From positions 19,079 to 73,577 of the forward strand of contig MQRK01183883.1 in assembly GCA_001938485.1 (NCBI GenBank): a DNA stretch of 54,499 nucleotides, written 5' to 3'. Below, one piece after another: positions 1-13,338 of this stretch. Under the pieces are notes generated by a model. That model saw only the letters and a list, made by a program, of their open reading frames with translations, was not told where the DNA came from and did not search any database. Both the position numbers and the translations under genes were made by a program. The stretch is from Girardia tigrina. Its lineage: Eukaryota. The stretch's first letter is position 1, and every line of letters starts with the position of its first letter.

Positions 1-23
1 ATATATATATATATATATATATA
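1..23. repeat. (AT)n microsatellite
   Basis: Perfect AT dinucleotide run at the window start. Confidence 0.9.
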
Positions 24-1299
24 TTATTTTAAAATATGACATTATTATGAAAAATTAAACTTTGATTACTGGTAGAAAACCAGTAAATCAAAATAATTCT
101 TTTTTTAAACAATGCTTTATGCGAGTTAAATTCCCTCAAAAATCAATTAACCAATTCGCAGTTTTCGACTAAACGATATTTCTGGTCTACGACTTGCAAT
201 AGTTGTCCGATCGAACCGGTTGGGGTGACAAAATAATTGGCGAGTTAAGGAACGCATATTATATTTGTTTCTTAAAGTTGAAATATTTTACGACTGATTA
301 TTGTTTTGATGGAGATCGAAAAATCACTGTTTATTTAGGAATAATTAAAAATTGATTTCTAAATTTCGGTAGGTATCAAGCATTGATGGAAGAAGCTAAA
401 GTCTAGCCCATTTACATCAAATAGAAATAAGGACATCAAAAAAATGGAAAGTTATTTTCAGCTTATTGAAGAAGTAATTTTAAAATGGAAAGGACAACAT
501 AGATTCTATGATTTTGAAAAGGATTTCTGTACAATAAATTATTAAAGAGAATCTTAGAAAATTTATTATTGATGAGGGAAAGAGAAAAGTTTAAGCAGGA
601 GAAAGCAGATATTGTCCTAAATGTGTTATTTCTAGATTTGCTAAAAAGAAAAAAATTTGAGAAGACGAACTGAAGAACGTTTAATCGGATTAGACCCAAA
701 ATAAGAAACGCCAACGAAGACCACATTGCTTACTTCCTTTGAAAATCAAATATATCACAATCGCTCACAAAAGATAAATTGTTTTCTTTTTAGAACGATG
801 CAAAGAATTTTTAAATATGATTGTAAGCAAAAGGAGAGAAGCGCTCTTGAAAAAATATTATACTCAAACGGTTTGAGAAAAGGTCATACATAGTCTAAAA
901 AATTGTTTGAAGTCGACTTTTTGTAGAAAGATAAAAATAAAGAAAAGCGTCTATGGCAGCTGCATATTGAATTCAATAATTCAAAAAATCAAGAAGATAA
1001 AGATAGAATCAAGTAAAAACATTGCTGACAAAAATTAAAAAGTGGAGTTGTAAAAATTTTTGTATGAAATTTTTCTTTCTACAAGAGATATAAATAGTTA
1101 CTAATAACATAATAAATTTATTAAAAAATGTAATATTAATTTTCCTTTTTACAAAAGATATCAAAAAAAGTCTGCTGACCAAATAGAGTTCTACCTACAT
1201 AAAGCGTGGATGTAAATAATAGTTTGATTTATTAGTTTTACAATGTAGAATCTACATCAGCAGTACAGTACCAACAATATGCAACGACCAGTGATTGAT

Positions 1300-2520
1300 C
1301 CAGTACTGGCACAGAATCGATGGATATTGTGAGCTCCAGTGCTCAGTCGTCAACAGATGTCAAAGGAAAACGGCACCAATCAACTTCAAGTGCTTTAAAT
1401 CTGGTCATAAATTCCAAATTGTCTAGTCGAAGAGCATCGATTGTTTGCCAGTCACTTCATAATGATGGAGTAAAACTTCCAACTCCAAGTCAATCAGATA
1501 TATCAAGAGCCATTTTCAGAGAAGCTGAAAAGCTAAAATTAAACTTCCACGAAAATCTTAGAAAAGACCTCTGGAGTTTGCACTTCGAGGGGAAAATAAT
1601 GAATCATAAAGAACATTAAGTTGTTCTGTTAAAAAATAGCAAATAAGAAATCCGACTATCTGTGCTTGTTTTACCAAACAGAAAATCACAAACTATTGCT
1701 TCTGGATTAGAAGAGATTTTATCCGAGTATTTATTGCGGCCAGTTATAAAGATGATCGTCTGTGATACAATGTTGTGACACAACAAATGTCAACACTGGT
1801 AAGAAGAATGGCTTTGTGGTGCGGTTGCAGAGGCAATTCGAAGAATGTGCTTTGGAGCCTCCAGTGTTTATTGGTTGCCAACATCATGTACTGGATCTCC
1901 TACTGAGGCATGTTCTGGATCAAAAATTCTATATCCATACAACATCCCCAAATTTCAGTTATCTTTCTGTTATGTAAATCATTCATAACTAAGAAAGTTT
2001 AAAAGAAAAATTCGTGCGCAGTGACGATTGGGAATAAACAACATTAGAAGAGGAACAGGGCTGGCGTGATGACATGAAATTTCTATTTCATTTGACAAGA
2101 GCATTTTGTCATTATAAAAGATCTGGTAGAATGCCAAAAGTGACATTTATAACATTTCCAAATCTCAGCAATGCCAGAGGGAACTCAAGAGCATTTTTCG
2201 CTTTACTTTCTTATATTCTCATTCCTCATTCTCGAATGCAATTGGAAGAAGCATGATCCTTTATAAGTGGAATTTGGAGTGACATTTGGTTCAGCAAGCA
2301 ATTCTACGATGAGAATAACTACAGATTCTTATCCCAAACTGTTTAGCAATATCCAATAGTTGCATGCTCTGTAGGAATGCATTGGTCGCATCACCCTTCA
2401 CCTCTAAATACAGAGTGGAGTAAAATTTGTGCAGAAAGGATGATAAATATTTTGGAAGACATTAGTCCCTTGTGCCGCACAGAAACAAAATTGAAAAAAA
2501 AACAATTTCTATTGACAAAA
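1300..2520 (+). mobile_element. Degenerate DDE DNA transposase of the hAT/P-like group (LHxDGK / DTTxxNTG / CxHH type)
   Basis: Collinear ORF fragments with stops and frameshifts: WSLHFEGK (about LHFDGK), CCDTTNVNTGKKNG, GCQHHVLDLLLRHV (CxxH motif), SNARGNSRA (about xARW), CAERMI (catalytic E region). Confidence 0.65.
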
Positions 2521-4747
2521 TCGTGTCTTTGTCGACCTGCATTTGCTTTCTCTTTGTATAAAGCTTGTATTTTGGCTTCCTTAAATATTGTGACTTACCA
2601 TCATTTATTTTTACAATTGTAATTCATTCAATTTTTGTTATTCACTGCTAAAAAATATCATGTTTACTGTAAATAGTTTTAGTTTTTTTCGATTGGTGCG
2701 TGACTTTTTATCAGAATTGGCATGTTTTATTCGTTTTTTATAATATTTACGCAAAAACTCATCGCACTATACTATGGGAATGTAAGGGTACAAAATATTC
2801 ATATCCCTAATGTAGATAAATCAACTATATTTCTCTATAAAGTAATTTATCATAACTATTGATTATTTTCTTTTAAATTAAAATTCATATTTTTATTAGT
2901 TTCCGAGTTTTCTCCATTAAATTTTTGTATGATGATACAAAACTGTTTCATAACTATTTTAATTGCAACAGCAACCGAATAACGTAGGGCTAGTGCTGAT
3001 GTTGAAACAAACGGAGGGCAAAATAAAAAGAATAAAAAAAATAAATCGAGCATCGAAAGGTGAAGGAGCTCACTGAAAACATCACTTAAGATAAATGTCT
3101 TCCAGAAATGAAATGACTTGTGAATCATTTCTTGTTCCCAATGTCTGTGATGAACAATATTACAAAGGGTAAACAATGACTTCGGAATAGCTGCTCTAAC
3201 ATTGTAACCAAAACTTCAGATATTATCATGCAGAAGTTTCTAAAACAGAAGATCTAAAAGCTACTTTATCAGCAGAAACTAGATATTCCGATTCTACCTC
3301 TCTTAATAGAGTAAAGAAGGCGAGGTGAAGGCTTTGGAAGTCTTCCAAGCAAGATTAGGAATGATATAAACAAATATTGTACAATATTAAAAGGATTATC
3401 ATTCAACAATTGATTTTAATAAGAAAAAAAGAGATGATATAGTTTTAATAATTTCAGATTTTAATATATAAAAACACAAAAGGTTGTATGACTCAAATTG
3501 TTTAAAAGAATACTCTTTACAAAAAAAGCTTATAAAATATATTCAACTCATGCATGTCTTCCTGTTCTGCAAATAGTTGACGTTAACTGACTCTGCAGGA
3601 AAAAAAAGTTTTGCTGTCAACTTTCATTCATTAGAGGGGAAATTCTCAAACAGAATTTCAAAAGTACTTAAAAATTAATTTTAATTTATTTATTTCACCA
3701 TTTGATATAGAAATTATTTCATGATTAATTTAACTATAATTAATGGACTTGTAAATTGATGTTATTCTTCAACAGTTTTTCTACAAACTTGTGTGAGTAC
3801 GAATCACATTTGCTAAACATAATTATATTAAATATTTAATTAACGTTTTCAATTGTACTTATCATCTGTGTTTCATCGAGTACAGTTTTATTAAAATTAA
3901 AATTTATTAAAAATATTTTCATTTTACTTTAAGGATAATTAATTCAAAATTGAAAATTCGATTCAAAAAATTATATATATATATATCTAAATTTAAAAAT
4001 AATTTTTGGTTGCGGAAGTGATCTAGTTGAAATATTTTTGAACTTCCTGGAAATATTTTTAGGATAATTAAATTGATAATTTAATATTTATTTCTACATT
4101 TATTTTTAAGTAGATAAATAATTGATAATAACTCTATAAAACCCCTGTCTGTTTTAATATTTTAAAAATAATTAAAAATAATTTTTTAATTATTAAATTT
4201 TATTTTTGTTTAGTTAAAAAAATACTTTTACAACTCAACAGACCTATTTTTTGATTTTTACGAACAAATAAATGTTCGGGAATCAAATTATTTTTTAACA
4301 TGTTCGTGTTGGTAAATTGAATGTGATTTAGTTTAAATTTGTAAAAAAGAAAATAAATGAAAAATTATAAAAAATATATTTGTTTGGTTGAATCAATTGA
4401 TATTTTAAATCATCGTTGTTGTTGATTGTTTTGAATCGGGAATCGAATTGTGATCATTTTATTGTTTGAAGAAGAAATAATTGTCAAAGGAATGGATAAT
4501 TAATTATATCTTATTGTTTTCCAATTTTTGTATCGAATGCTTGCTGTTGTGTTACCGCCAAGTGGGCGTGAGAATAATCGTTGCAACTTACATTGCTCAA
4601 CATAGAAAGAAAATGTTTAGATAGTATAGTAGATTTCAGTAATTTGAAAATTTTGTGTAATCAATTTGATAGTTACTGTGAGTAATGTGTAAAGCACAGA
4701 TGATTAATACTCTATCAAATAATATCATACCAAAAAAATTTTTGGTG

Positions 4748-5418
4748 TACAAGCTTTTATAATTTGTCATATATTTGCGGTTCTGTATCTATTTTGACTG
4801 TACATTTTTTGACTGAATTATCAAAGCCTACTAGGCGAAAACCCACTTTCTATTTGCATTTAGATGTAGCAAATTTCAAAGCCTACTACTGAGGAAAACA
4901 TGAGAACGACACTTTAATTANNNNTTTTTGCGGCCAAACTAAAGGCGGTAGATGAGCAGTGACAGTGAAAAAGTGTATTGTCACCTAGAATACATCCATC
5001 CTGAAAGTTTCATGTCGCTAGGTGAATGGGAAGTGGATGAATTTTCCATCGCAAGATTTGATGCATCCAGACAGACAAACAAATGAAACGTAATAAAAGC
5101 TTGTAATAATAATAATTATTATGATTTGGTAATTTGGTAGAGTTTGAATTTTATTCATGAAAATAAACAAAAAGATTGCTATGTAATACAGTNNNNNNNN
5201 NNNNNNNNNNNNNNNNNNNNNNNNNNNNNNNNNNNNNNNNNNNNNNNNNNTTTTTTTCAAAAATTTTCAAAGAAAAGTGTATTGTCATCTAGAATACATC
5301 ACTCCTGAAAATTTCAAGTCACCAGCACAACGGGAAGTGGGTGAAATTTCGATCGCAAGATTTGATCCATACAGACAAACAAACAAAACAAACAAATGAA
5401 ACGTAATAAAAGCTTGTA
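4748..5418 (+). mobile_element. Helentron-associated non-autonomous element (HINE/DINE-1-like), two tandem 3' halves
   Basis: 13-bp inverted repeat TACAAGCTTTTAT (4748-4760) vs ATAAAAGCTTGTA (5093-5105 and 5406-5418). About 140-bp core duplicated (4967-5105, 5272-5418) with an ACAG/ACAA microsatellite before the 3' repeat. Both copies abut N gaps. Confidence 0.6.
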
Positions 5419-5420
5419 AA

Positions 5421-5700
5421 AAGTGTGTTCCTCGATTCGTTAACAGAGATCTATACATATCCCTCCGATATATGTGGTATCACACCCATTATATTTAAAC
5501 TGGTAAACTAAATTGGAAAGGTAAACAGATAGAAGCTGTGTATTTAATGCTACCTTTTTACTTGACTTAGAAAGAATTTTTTTAATCGCATTATCTTTCT
5601 TGAATTACATGAAACTCTTAGAAGAAGGTATCTTTAAAACGAATCCAAAATTAATATTATTAATAATAATAAAGATTTTTAGACATTAGGTTGGTCATAT
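5421..5700 (-). mobile_element. Penelope-like element fragment (GIY-YIG endonuclease)
   Basis: Reverse strand reads NLVYQFKYNGCDTTYIG; homologous to 8160-8250 and 35800-35890. Confidence 0.7.
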
Positions 5701-6150
5701 CCATATTAATAATAACGGATTGTTAACTGATAATATTCATAACAAAGTCGTTTCGTGTACCGAAAACATAAATTACTGTTTGACCGGAAATTACTTGCAA
5801 CACCAGTTTCAGGTAACAGATATTTCTACCGACAACTAATTAGGCATAATCGTTGTTTTCATACTATTTAACGTTAGTTAAAGTAAACCGAACGTGGATG
5901 AAAGATTTTATTTAGTAAATAAAATGTATAAATATGTAAATCTGACTCTTTGGAAAACCAAGTTTGTGATTATCTGTTAATTAATGGCGGCAACCAAACT
6001 AATTCAAAATAAAAATTACCATGACGTAATTATCGGAAATAAAGAAAGTCATAAATTAAAAGAAAACACTTGTGTCAGGTAGGAAAATAAAGGTAAATTT
6101 ATAGATAGAGAGGAATTAATGACTTCTTGAAACAAAAAGTGAAATATCCA

Positions 6151-6445
6151 TGTGAGGAATATTTTAAATTTTGTATGTTGAGTTTAGTATTTTGGAAATG
6201 TGTTTCTCCCACCCAGATGGAAAATTGATATTTTAGATGTTCGCGATGAATAATTATTTGAGCATAATCTGCATTTTAAATTACAACAAAAGATATTAAA
6301 AAAAACTTTTAAAATATTAAATCGTTTCAAATTTAATATCAAAAATTTAAATAAAGTAAATAACTTTTAACTAATTTTTAAATTGATTAAATTAATGTTT
6401 TTTCTTTAAATAAAATCATTTTTAAAATTAAATTAATATTTAGAT
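6151..6445 (+). mobile_element. Partial LTR, TGTGAGGAAT family
   Basis: Starts TGTGAGGAAT and carries the core TGTGTTTCTCCCACCCAGATGGAAAATTGATATT; nearly identical to the copy at 38203. Confidence 0.75.
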
Positions 6446-7849
6446 AACCCCCATTTTTGCCGGGGAAGTCCCCAAGATACCTTTGTTTTTGCTCTGGTCT
6501 TGTTTATAAATATACTGTAATATGTGTTGCGCCAAACATATCGGAGAAATATCTCATTATATCTGAAAGTGAATCAAAGAGTAAAGTCGATTAAATAATG
6601 TGAGTAATTTTTCTGTACAAAATTTAAAATTTTACAAACAAATAAAAAAAATATGAATTTCAAATTCTGTGCAATCGATTTAAAAATTATTTAGAGATAG
6701 TGAAACTCATGTCAAGCCTAATTAATAAGATCAATGGATCAGAAAATTAATATCCAAGCTTAGCTTCTCTGTTAAACACTTTCAAATAAAACCTTTATTG
6801 ATTACACAATCATCACTCTGAAATAAACTAAAAATAAAGTTTTTATAAAATTCTAGACTTTTAGAAACTTTGTTCAAGTTGGTGATTGATAGAGAGAAAC
6901 TGATAAATGAAATTCGTAATTTTTATCAATAAATATTAATTTTAATGTTTTTACTTTACCAAAGACATTACTATTTCTTAGGAAAGTCAAGTATTAATTA
7001 TCGAACAGTCATATCTTTACCCCGAAAATATTCAAAACATTCAATGCAATTAATATTTTATATTAATTTTTAAAATAATATATTATTTTTGTATTTTCCT
7101 AATAATTTAAATGGAATAAAATAACGAATTTATATTGAGGTTTATGTAATAATTTTCTAAAATTTTTCCATCTTTAGATAAAATGTAACATGATTACAAT
7201 TATCTTACAGAGATATTGGTTGTCAATTTCCCATTTGGGTTGTCTGTAGCTGACGCAGAGCCGCATTAATTATCCGGCTACTGAATTTACTCAAATCCGG
7301 CCTCTGGCATAATCTATTTCACTAATTAGGTAAGATTGATAATTTTATTAATAAAAGACTGATTATTTGATTTTTTCATATTTGAAATGTATAGTACAAG
7401 AAATAAGTCAAATGTTTAAAGGTTTTTAGAAATTATTCTATATATTCTCTTTTTTATTTTCTTTTTTCCTTTCTTTCATATAGTAAACAGTTTTGGAAGA
7501 TTAAAAATTTGAAAAGTTCCTTTTTAACGCCTTAAATTGTATTTGTTTCTTTAACATAATAATCCAATTTGTACCCTTACTGGACTTAGAACAGCTAGGG
7601 ATTAAAGAAAGGAAATTAAAGTTCTGATATATTTTTTTTAAAAAAAAATTAAGTTAAATAAATTTAAACAATTTATTTTTATGTAAATAATATTTTTATT
7701 ATATGAGTTTGTATATCTAAATAAAAGGTTTCCTCCGAAATTTTAAAAAATGAAATTAAAAAAAGTAAAAATAAAAACTTGTTTTCATAATTTGTAAAAA
7801 TAACAATTTATTTTAATATAAAAAAATCTTAAACCAATCAAAGTTTATT

Positions 7850-8250
7850 AATTTCGACGGTTTAAACTTCATCGTTAGAACAAATGATTTTTCAAACGAA
7901 ATTTACTTATATAGCGCAGTTAATGATTATGTAATCAATACGTCAACAGTACATCATTTAAAAATTCTCAACAAAGTTGTAGAGAATACAGTTTGAATGT
8001 TAATTTTAGGATCCAAAGATCTCATATATAACGCTTCACATGAGTCACTCTCTTCCAATAATTCTTAAATTGAGTACAAAGAATTTTAAAGTGTTGTGAA
8101 TTTATATATCCTTTAGAATGTCTTCTATGTCCTGCAATTTTACTTCCACCTTCATTGCGACTGTGTTCTTGGATTCTCTTACAGAGATGACATGAAGTCT
8201 CTCCAATGTATGTGGCGTTACACCCATTATATGTAAATTGGTAAATAAAT
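7850..8250 (-). mobile_element. Penelope-like element 3' end (GIY-YIG, C-terminus and hammerhead relic)
   Basis: Reverse strand: YQFTYNGCNATYIGETSCHLCKRIQEH, then EALYMRSLDPKINIQ; degenerate hammerhead core at 7851-7878. Confidence 0.8.
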
Positions 8251-9296
8251 TAATTAATTAATAAATATTGTTACAATATCATAATAATATTTAAATTTAC
8301 AATAAATTTTAATAGAAAAATAATTAAAATAATACAATAATGACTTAAAAAGCAAGTTGTTAAAGAAATAGATCCTTTGAAGATTGTCAATTATTAAATA
8401 TATTTTCCTAAATTATTTATAAATTTTTAAAAGAATTAAAATACTGAAATAATTGTTATTTTATTTAAAGAACAACATTTTGCAATTAGTTATGATTTAT
8501 GAATGATTTTCTTTGCAAAACATTAATTAGACCTTATCTTTTTTTCGTAAAAAAAAGAAACTGATAAAAGATTATATGAACGAAAATTTACTTTATTTTG
8601 TTAGAAAGCACAGATATTCGCTGCAGGCAGAAGAAGAACTAAAGACAATTACTGTAAAAAGAAAAGAGAAATTGAAATTAATTAATGAAAACTGTTTGAT
8701 ATTTCTTTATTATAATAGATGAATGTCATTTATTATATGGTAATTATTTCATTTTTATTTTTGAAACTTCAGTAAATTAATAATTTATACTTTGAAAAAT
8801 TATATTTTTTTCAAAAAATATTTTCTGTATTTTATCCGGTTTTATATATATTATTTTTAATTTTTTTCATAAATTTATAATAGTTATTTTATTTATTTTA
8901 GTTTATTTTAATTTATTTTATTTTTAAAAAAATATTTAGAATTTTTTCCAATATTCAGAAAGATCTTTTTTACATCAAATCAACTTGAATTAATTTATAA
9001 TTTAATTAATTAAATTTTATTACCAAAACTCCATTGAAACTATCCAATTTGCTAATTTACACCCTTGTTTCTCTTTGATTTTGAAAATTGAAAATTTTTT
9101 CTTGTAATCCGAAACTTAAAAGAACTGTTATTTTTAACATATACGCATTCTTTTTTTTTATTTTTCGAGAAAAGAAGAAAATTTATTTTATGAGAATTAT
9201 TATTTGTTAGCTGAAAATAGTGGATTATTTTAACTAAAAATTGTAAAAAAATAATTCAAAAAATATATGCTTTACATCTTGAATAAAATCAACAAA

Positions 9297-9341
9297 ATGG
9301 ACAAACACGACGAACAAAAGTTCGATTCTTTCAGTATAAAT
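9297..9341 (+). CDS. Candidate first coding exon of the CCDC89-like gene (MDKHDEQKFDSFSIN)
   Basis: AACAAA-ATG start context and 15 open codons ending at a phase-0 GTGAAT donor, compatible with the phase-0 acceptor at 20826. No homology support. Confidence 0.35.
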
Positions 9342-9520
9342 GTGAATTTTTCGTGTTAATTACCTTTTTAAAGGAGTAAACCAATTATTTTGCCAATGGA
9401 ATCCCAAAATATTATTTCTCAGATTAAAAATTATTTAGATAAATAAGATTTGAAAATTTAAATAGAAAATTTTTTTTATTTAAACTAATTAAATTAGATT
9501 TTAGATTTTGGAAGAAATAA

Positions 9521-10283
9521 CCGGTGACGAGAAAAAACACCACAAGAAAAAACAGTAAAATGAATAATTAGTCAGGTAAATGCAACCAAACTTGCCAAAG
9601 ACATTCTTCATACACAGGGGCACGTCGACGTCAACTTTTTATCGAAAACAACTAATGCACCCCTGGAAAAAATCGATTTAGGTTTGATCAAACAGATTGC
9701 AGTATTTTAAAACTGTTGCAAAACTACATTTTTATAATTTTGAATACAACAGAATTGAACAAAAAGTGTTTTTAAGGCTTTAATGCAAATTTAAGTTTTC
9801 TTACCACTTTAATACCCTATTTAAAATAAATAATAAAATTTAGTTTTAAATAAGCAAAAAAAACATAACAGATGCAAATAAAAAAATGCTTATGAAATAA
9901 ATGCAGAAAAAATTCAACTACGTATACACTGATTTATAAATTGGCATCCAAAAGCGACTATATTACTATTGTGTGTCAAAAATTAGACTGTGATAGTCGC
10001 ACATAATGCGTTTTACATTTATAAAATATAATATTACTCAAAAATTCGATATCGAAAACAATTAAATTAAGACCAGCCAATAATACAAAAAATAAAATTT
10101 TCATTGCAAATTTATCATTATTCTCATGCACACCAGTTTGTCTTGTCAAGCATGATATCCTTTAGCTGTTGTTGCAACTTTTCGATATAGTGTGGTGTTT
10201 TTTCACTGTGATGTTTTCATTGAGGTGTTTTTTCATTGTGGTGTTTTTTTTCAGTGTGGAGTTTTTCCTGTTCTTTTTTTCTT
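9521..10283. mobile_element. Foldback/MITE-like element with tandem subterminal repeats
   Basis: Left end GAAAAAACACCACAAGAAAAAAC is the reverse complement of the repeated TGTGGTGTTTTTTCA units at 10190-10283. Confidence 0.5.
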
Positions 10284-11284
10284 GTGATGTTTTTCATGGA
10301 ATCAAAATATACAGTGTTTATATCATTTGTATATCGTATACAGCGTTGGTTAGAGACGTTACAGAAATCGAGGGTAGAAGGATTTATGGTAATAAATAAC
10401 TTTAAAAATTATCTCATTAATTAAATTTACTACATTTACTATTAATTATTGGTTTAGGAATTTTCTTAATGCTCTCTAAATTAATTTAATTACATATTAA
10501 ATTAATTTAATGTGTGTTGTTTTTTTAATTAAGTGTATCTTGATTTTTTTAAATTTTGTTGCACAAATATTTTCATTAATTAGTATTTTTCCTAACAAGG
10601 ATCATACTTCCCTTTTTTAGAATACAGTTATCACTTAAAAAGTTTTTGATCACATAGATTTAAAATAACAAAACTGCAGTTGACAATTTGGTTAATAAAA
10701 AATGGATTATCTTTTCGAGGCTATAACAGCCTTTTCTTTTGGGTTCTTGATTTTGTTGTGAGGTTTCCATTATTTATTTTCTACTCTTAGGTGACTAAGA
10801 TTTATATTGAGACTAAGTTGTTAGTTAAGGTAGGAGATTTTGGTATCAACAGCTTTGGTATCAAAATCAGTTAAATGTAACTCGTTTTATTGAATGCATC
10901 GTTTAATACCTGAATCTTCAAAACTAGATTATTACATTTACTGGATGTTTAATTTTTGAAACTTGACCCTCTTACATGAATTGTTCCTGAGGCCTACAAC
11001 AAACACTAAACACACCGTCTGTTCGTAATTTAATTTTATTTTTATTATATTTGAATCAATATTGTTATTTATTAAAATTCCTCTCCAGCCAAGACAAATT
11101 AAAATTGACATTTACTATATTGATAATGGAATGACAATATCTTATCTTTTTATCACTTGCTGATGTATACATATTTCGATATGTAATTAATAAAAAAAGA
11201 AAATAATTAAATTAATTAAATAAAAAGATTAAAATAATTAAATAAGATTTTAAATAAAAAATAATATAAATATAAATTTTAATT

Positions 11285-12200
11285 AGATTGTTAATGTCGT
11301 TCAAATCCCGAACAAAGATATCTTTGTTCTGGTTGTTATCTTTTGAATTGATGATTCATTTTGACTCGATGAGGAGAGACAGAAAGTGCCAGACTGTATG
11401 TGTGCCGGTATGATGGTGAGAGTCCGTTTGAAATTTAAATCGCTTTGATTGGTTAGCCAATTGATTTTAGTGAAATAATTATCACTTTAAACTTTCTATT
11501 TCTGATTGTATAAAAAAGTCTGATTTGCTTTTTGTCATCTCGATTGAATTTATAAAAGTATGATTTTGTTATTTGTCTTCTTAATTCGAATTTATAAAAA
11601 GTTTGAATATGTACAAACTATTGATACATGGTAATAAAAGACGATAGTTTTATTTTAATTTGAAAATTTACTTTAAATGACTTTCTTTTCTCTTGAACTT
11701 TTAACTAAAAAAGGTTTATTCTGAATGAACTCTCCAAAAAAACCTTCTGCAAAATGGCCCAGCTCAACAAATCCGAGCTCCTACTGCGTACCTCTGTCAC
11801 CACCACCCGGTCTTTGAGACAACTTTGGGATCAGGCGGATCTCCCTCACTTCATAAAATTGAGTCTTGTCGCTTCAGACAACCTTCTTCTTGTCTTCACT
11901 TGGCTACAACACCATGATCCTTTTCCTACTGCAGTTGTTTATTTTGCTTCCAGACTTTTTGAAATAAATACTCAACTGGCAATAAATCTTGAGTCGATGA
12001 TGTTTCTCTGCAGTACTGCACCAAAAGTCTGGATATTTTTCTATAACATGCCAAATTTTTGACTCTCTTTCTTCCCTGCCTTTCTTTTATTGTAACCTTG
12101 GCACTTGTTTGGAACCGTTTACAAAGTTTGTTATTACTAAAAACCAGAGTTCCATTTTTGATCTTTTGAGCAAAACAACTGTAACTTGCGTTGTTCTATG
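11285..12200 (-). mobile_element. Highly degenerate Tc1-like transposase
   Basis: Reverse-strand motifs in the correct order: RFQTSAKVTIKERQGRKR (HTH linker), KVVxSDKTQF (about VxFSDExxF), GGG, FQTDSHHHT (about FQQDNAxxH), DLNDINNL (about DLNPIENL). Confidence 0.5.
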
Positions 12201-12419
12201 CCGATAAATTCAATCTTTTTTGAACTTTCATAATATAAATGTTTATACAATCTATATAAACTAATATTTTCATTGATTTACTTGTAAATGTGTAAACATT
12301 TAGGTTTACTAAAAAATTAAAATATATTTGTCGGAAAAGATGTATGATTTTAAACTTTGAATCTTTATTGACGTTTTATATATCAAATTCGAAAGATTTG
12401 TATTTCAAATTAATCAAAA

Positions 12420-12690
12420 TTCATTCATTATTCGTAATTCCGTAGTTCAATCAATTTCGAAACCATTAAACCTTGGTTAACGTGGACATTCTAAATCCCT
12501 TATCAAAGTTTACATGAAAATACTTTTACCATTTAAACAAAAAAATGTCTTCAATATCCAATTTCTGAATTATATGATTATTTCCAAAGGTTATTGAGAA
12601 GACTTCTTTCTTTTCTTTTAGTTCTTGTACCAACTTTGAGACTCATCGATGGGGTTGAAGTCAAAGTCTCCTTATAAAGCAGCGTAGAAT
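12420..12690 (-). mobile_element. Possible non-LTR APE endonuclease remnant
   Basis: Reverse strand GDFDFNPID followed by weak similarity to L1/Tx1 endonuclease; heavily decayed. Confidence 0.3.
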
Positions 12691-13338
12691 TATGTTTTCA
12701 ATTTTTAAAATTAAACTTAAATTTTGTTTAATTCCATAGAAAACATTTACAAAAAACATTTTCCGATTAATAAAATAAACATTAATTTTTTTATGAACGT
12801 ATTTAACGATTTTTGAAAATTTCACGATGAAGGAATGTGTATTAAAGACATTCTGTGTCGGAGACTTTTTTCAAAAAGTTAAAGTAACAATGAATCGCTA
12901 AACGTATCTACAAAGCTCCATGTTAATCTACAAACCTCGCTAAGAAGCGAATGAAAAACAATTATAAATTGCATTTTACATGAAATTTTTAGAAAAAGAA
13001 AAGTAAGTGCTTAATTTACGCTTTATTGTGGTAAATGACGAAAATGATTTTAGAATTTAGTAAGATTTTAAACAAAAGTATACTCTAATCAAAACATAAC
13101 AAAAGGTTTATCTTGAGATAATTCAACAAAAATATATTCACTTAAACATTTTGGATCCCAAATTAACATGAATTAGGCCCCAATACTACAAGCTAAAATC
13201 ACAACCATTATTACATTTCAAAACACTATTATTGTGATTATAATAACCGAAAACAAATATTTTAGATTTTATATTTATATAATTAATAGTATATTTGATA
13301 TTTTAAATCGAGTGAAAAAATGAGATATATAAAATTAG

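Noticed and set aside
9505-9575. Exon-like ILEEITGDEKKHHKKKQ after a TTTTAG acceptor
   Set aside because: Runs into a stop, has no phase-compatible donor, and its 3' part is the left end of the 9521-10283 foldback element.
10169-10424. Hydrophobic 76-aa and 62-aa ORFs
   Set aside because: Translations of T-rich tandem repeats.
10700-11010. Possible Gypsy integrase C-terminal remnant on the - strand
   Set aside because: Only vague similarity; no diagnostic motif.
12800-13050. Possible Tc1 N-terminal remnant on the + strand
   Set aside because: Too decayed; no TIR or clear catalytic motif.
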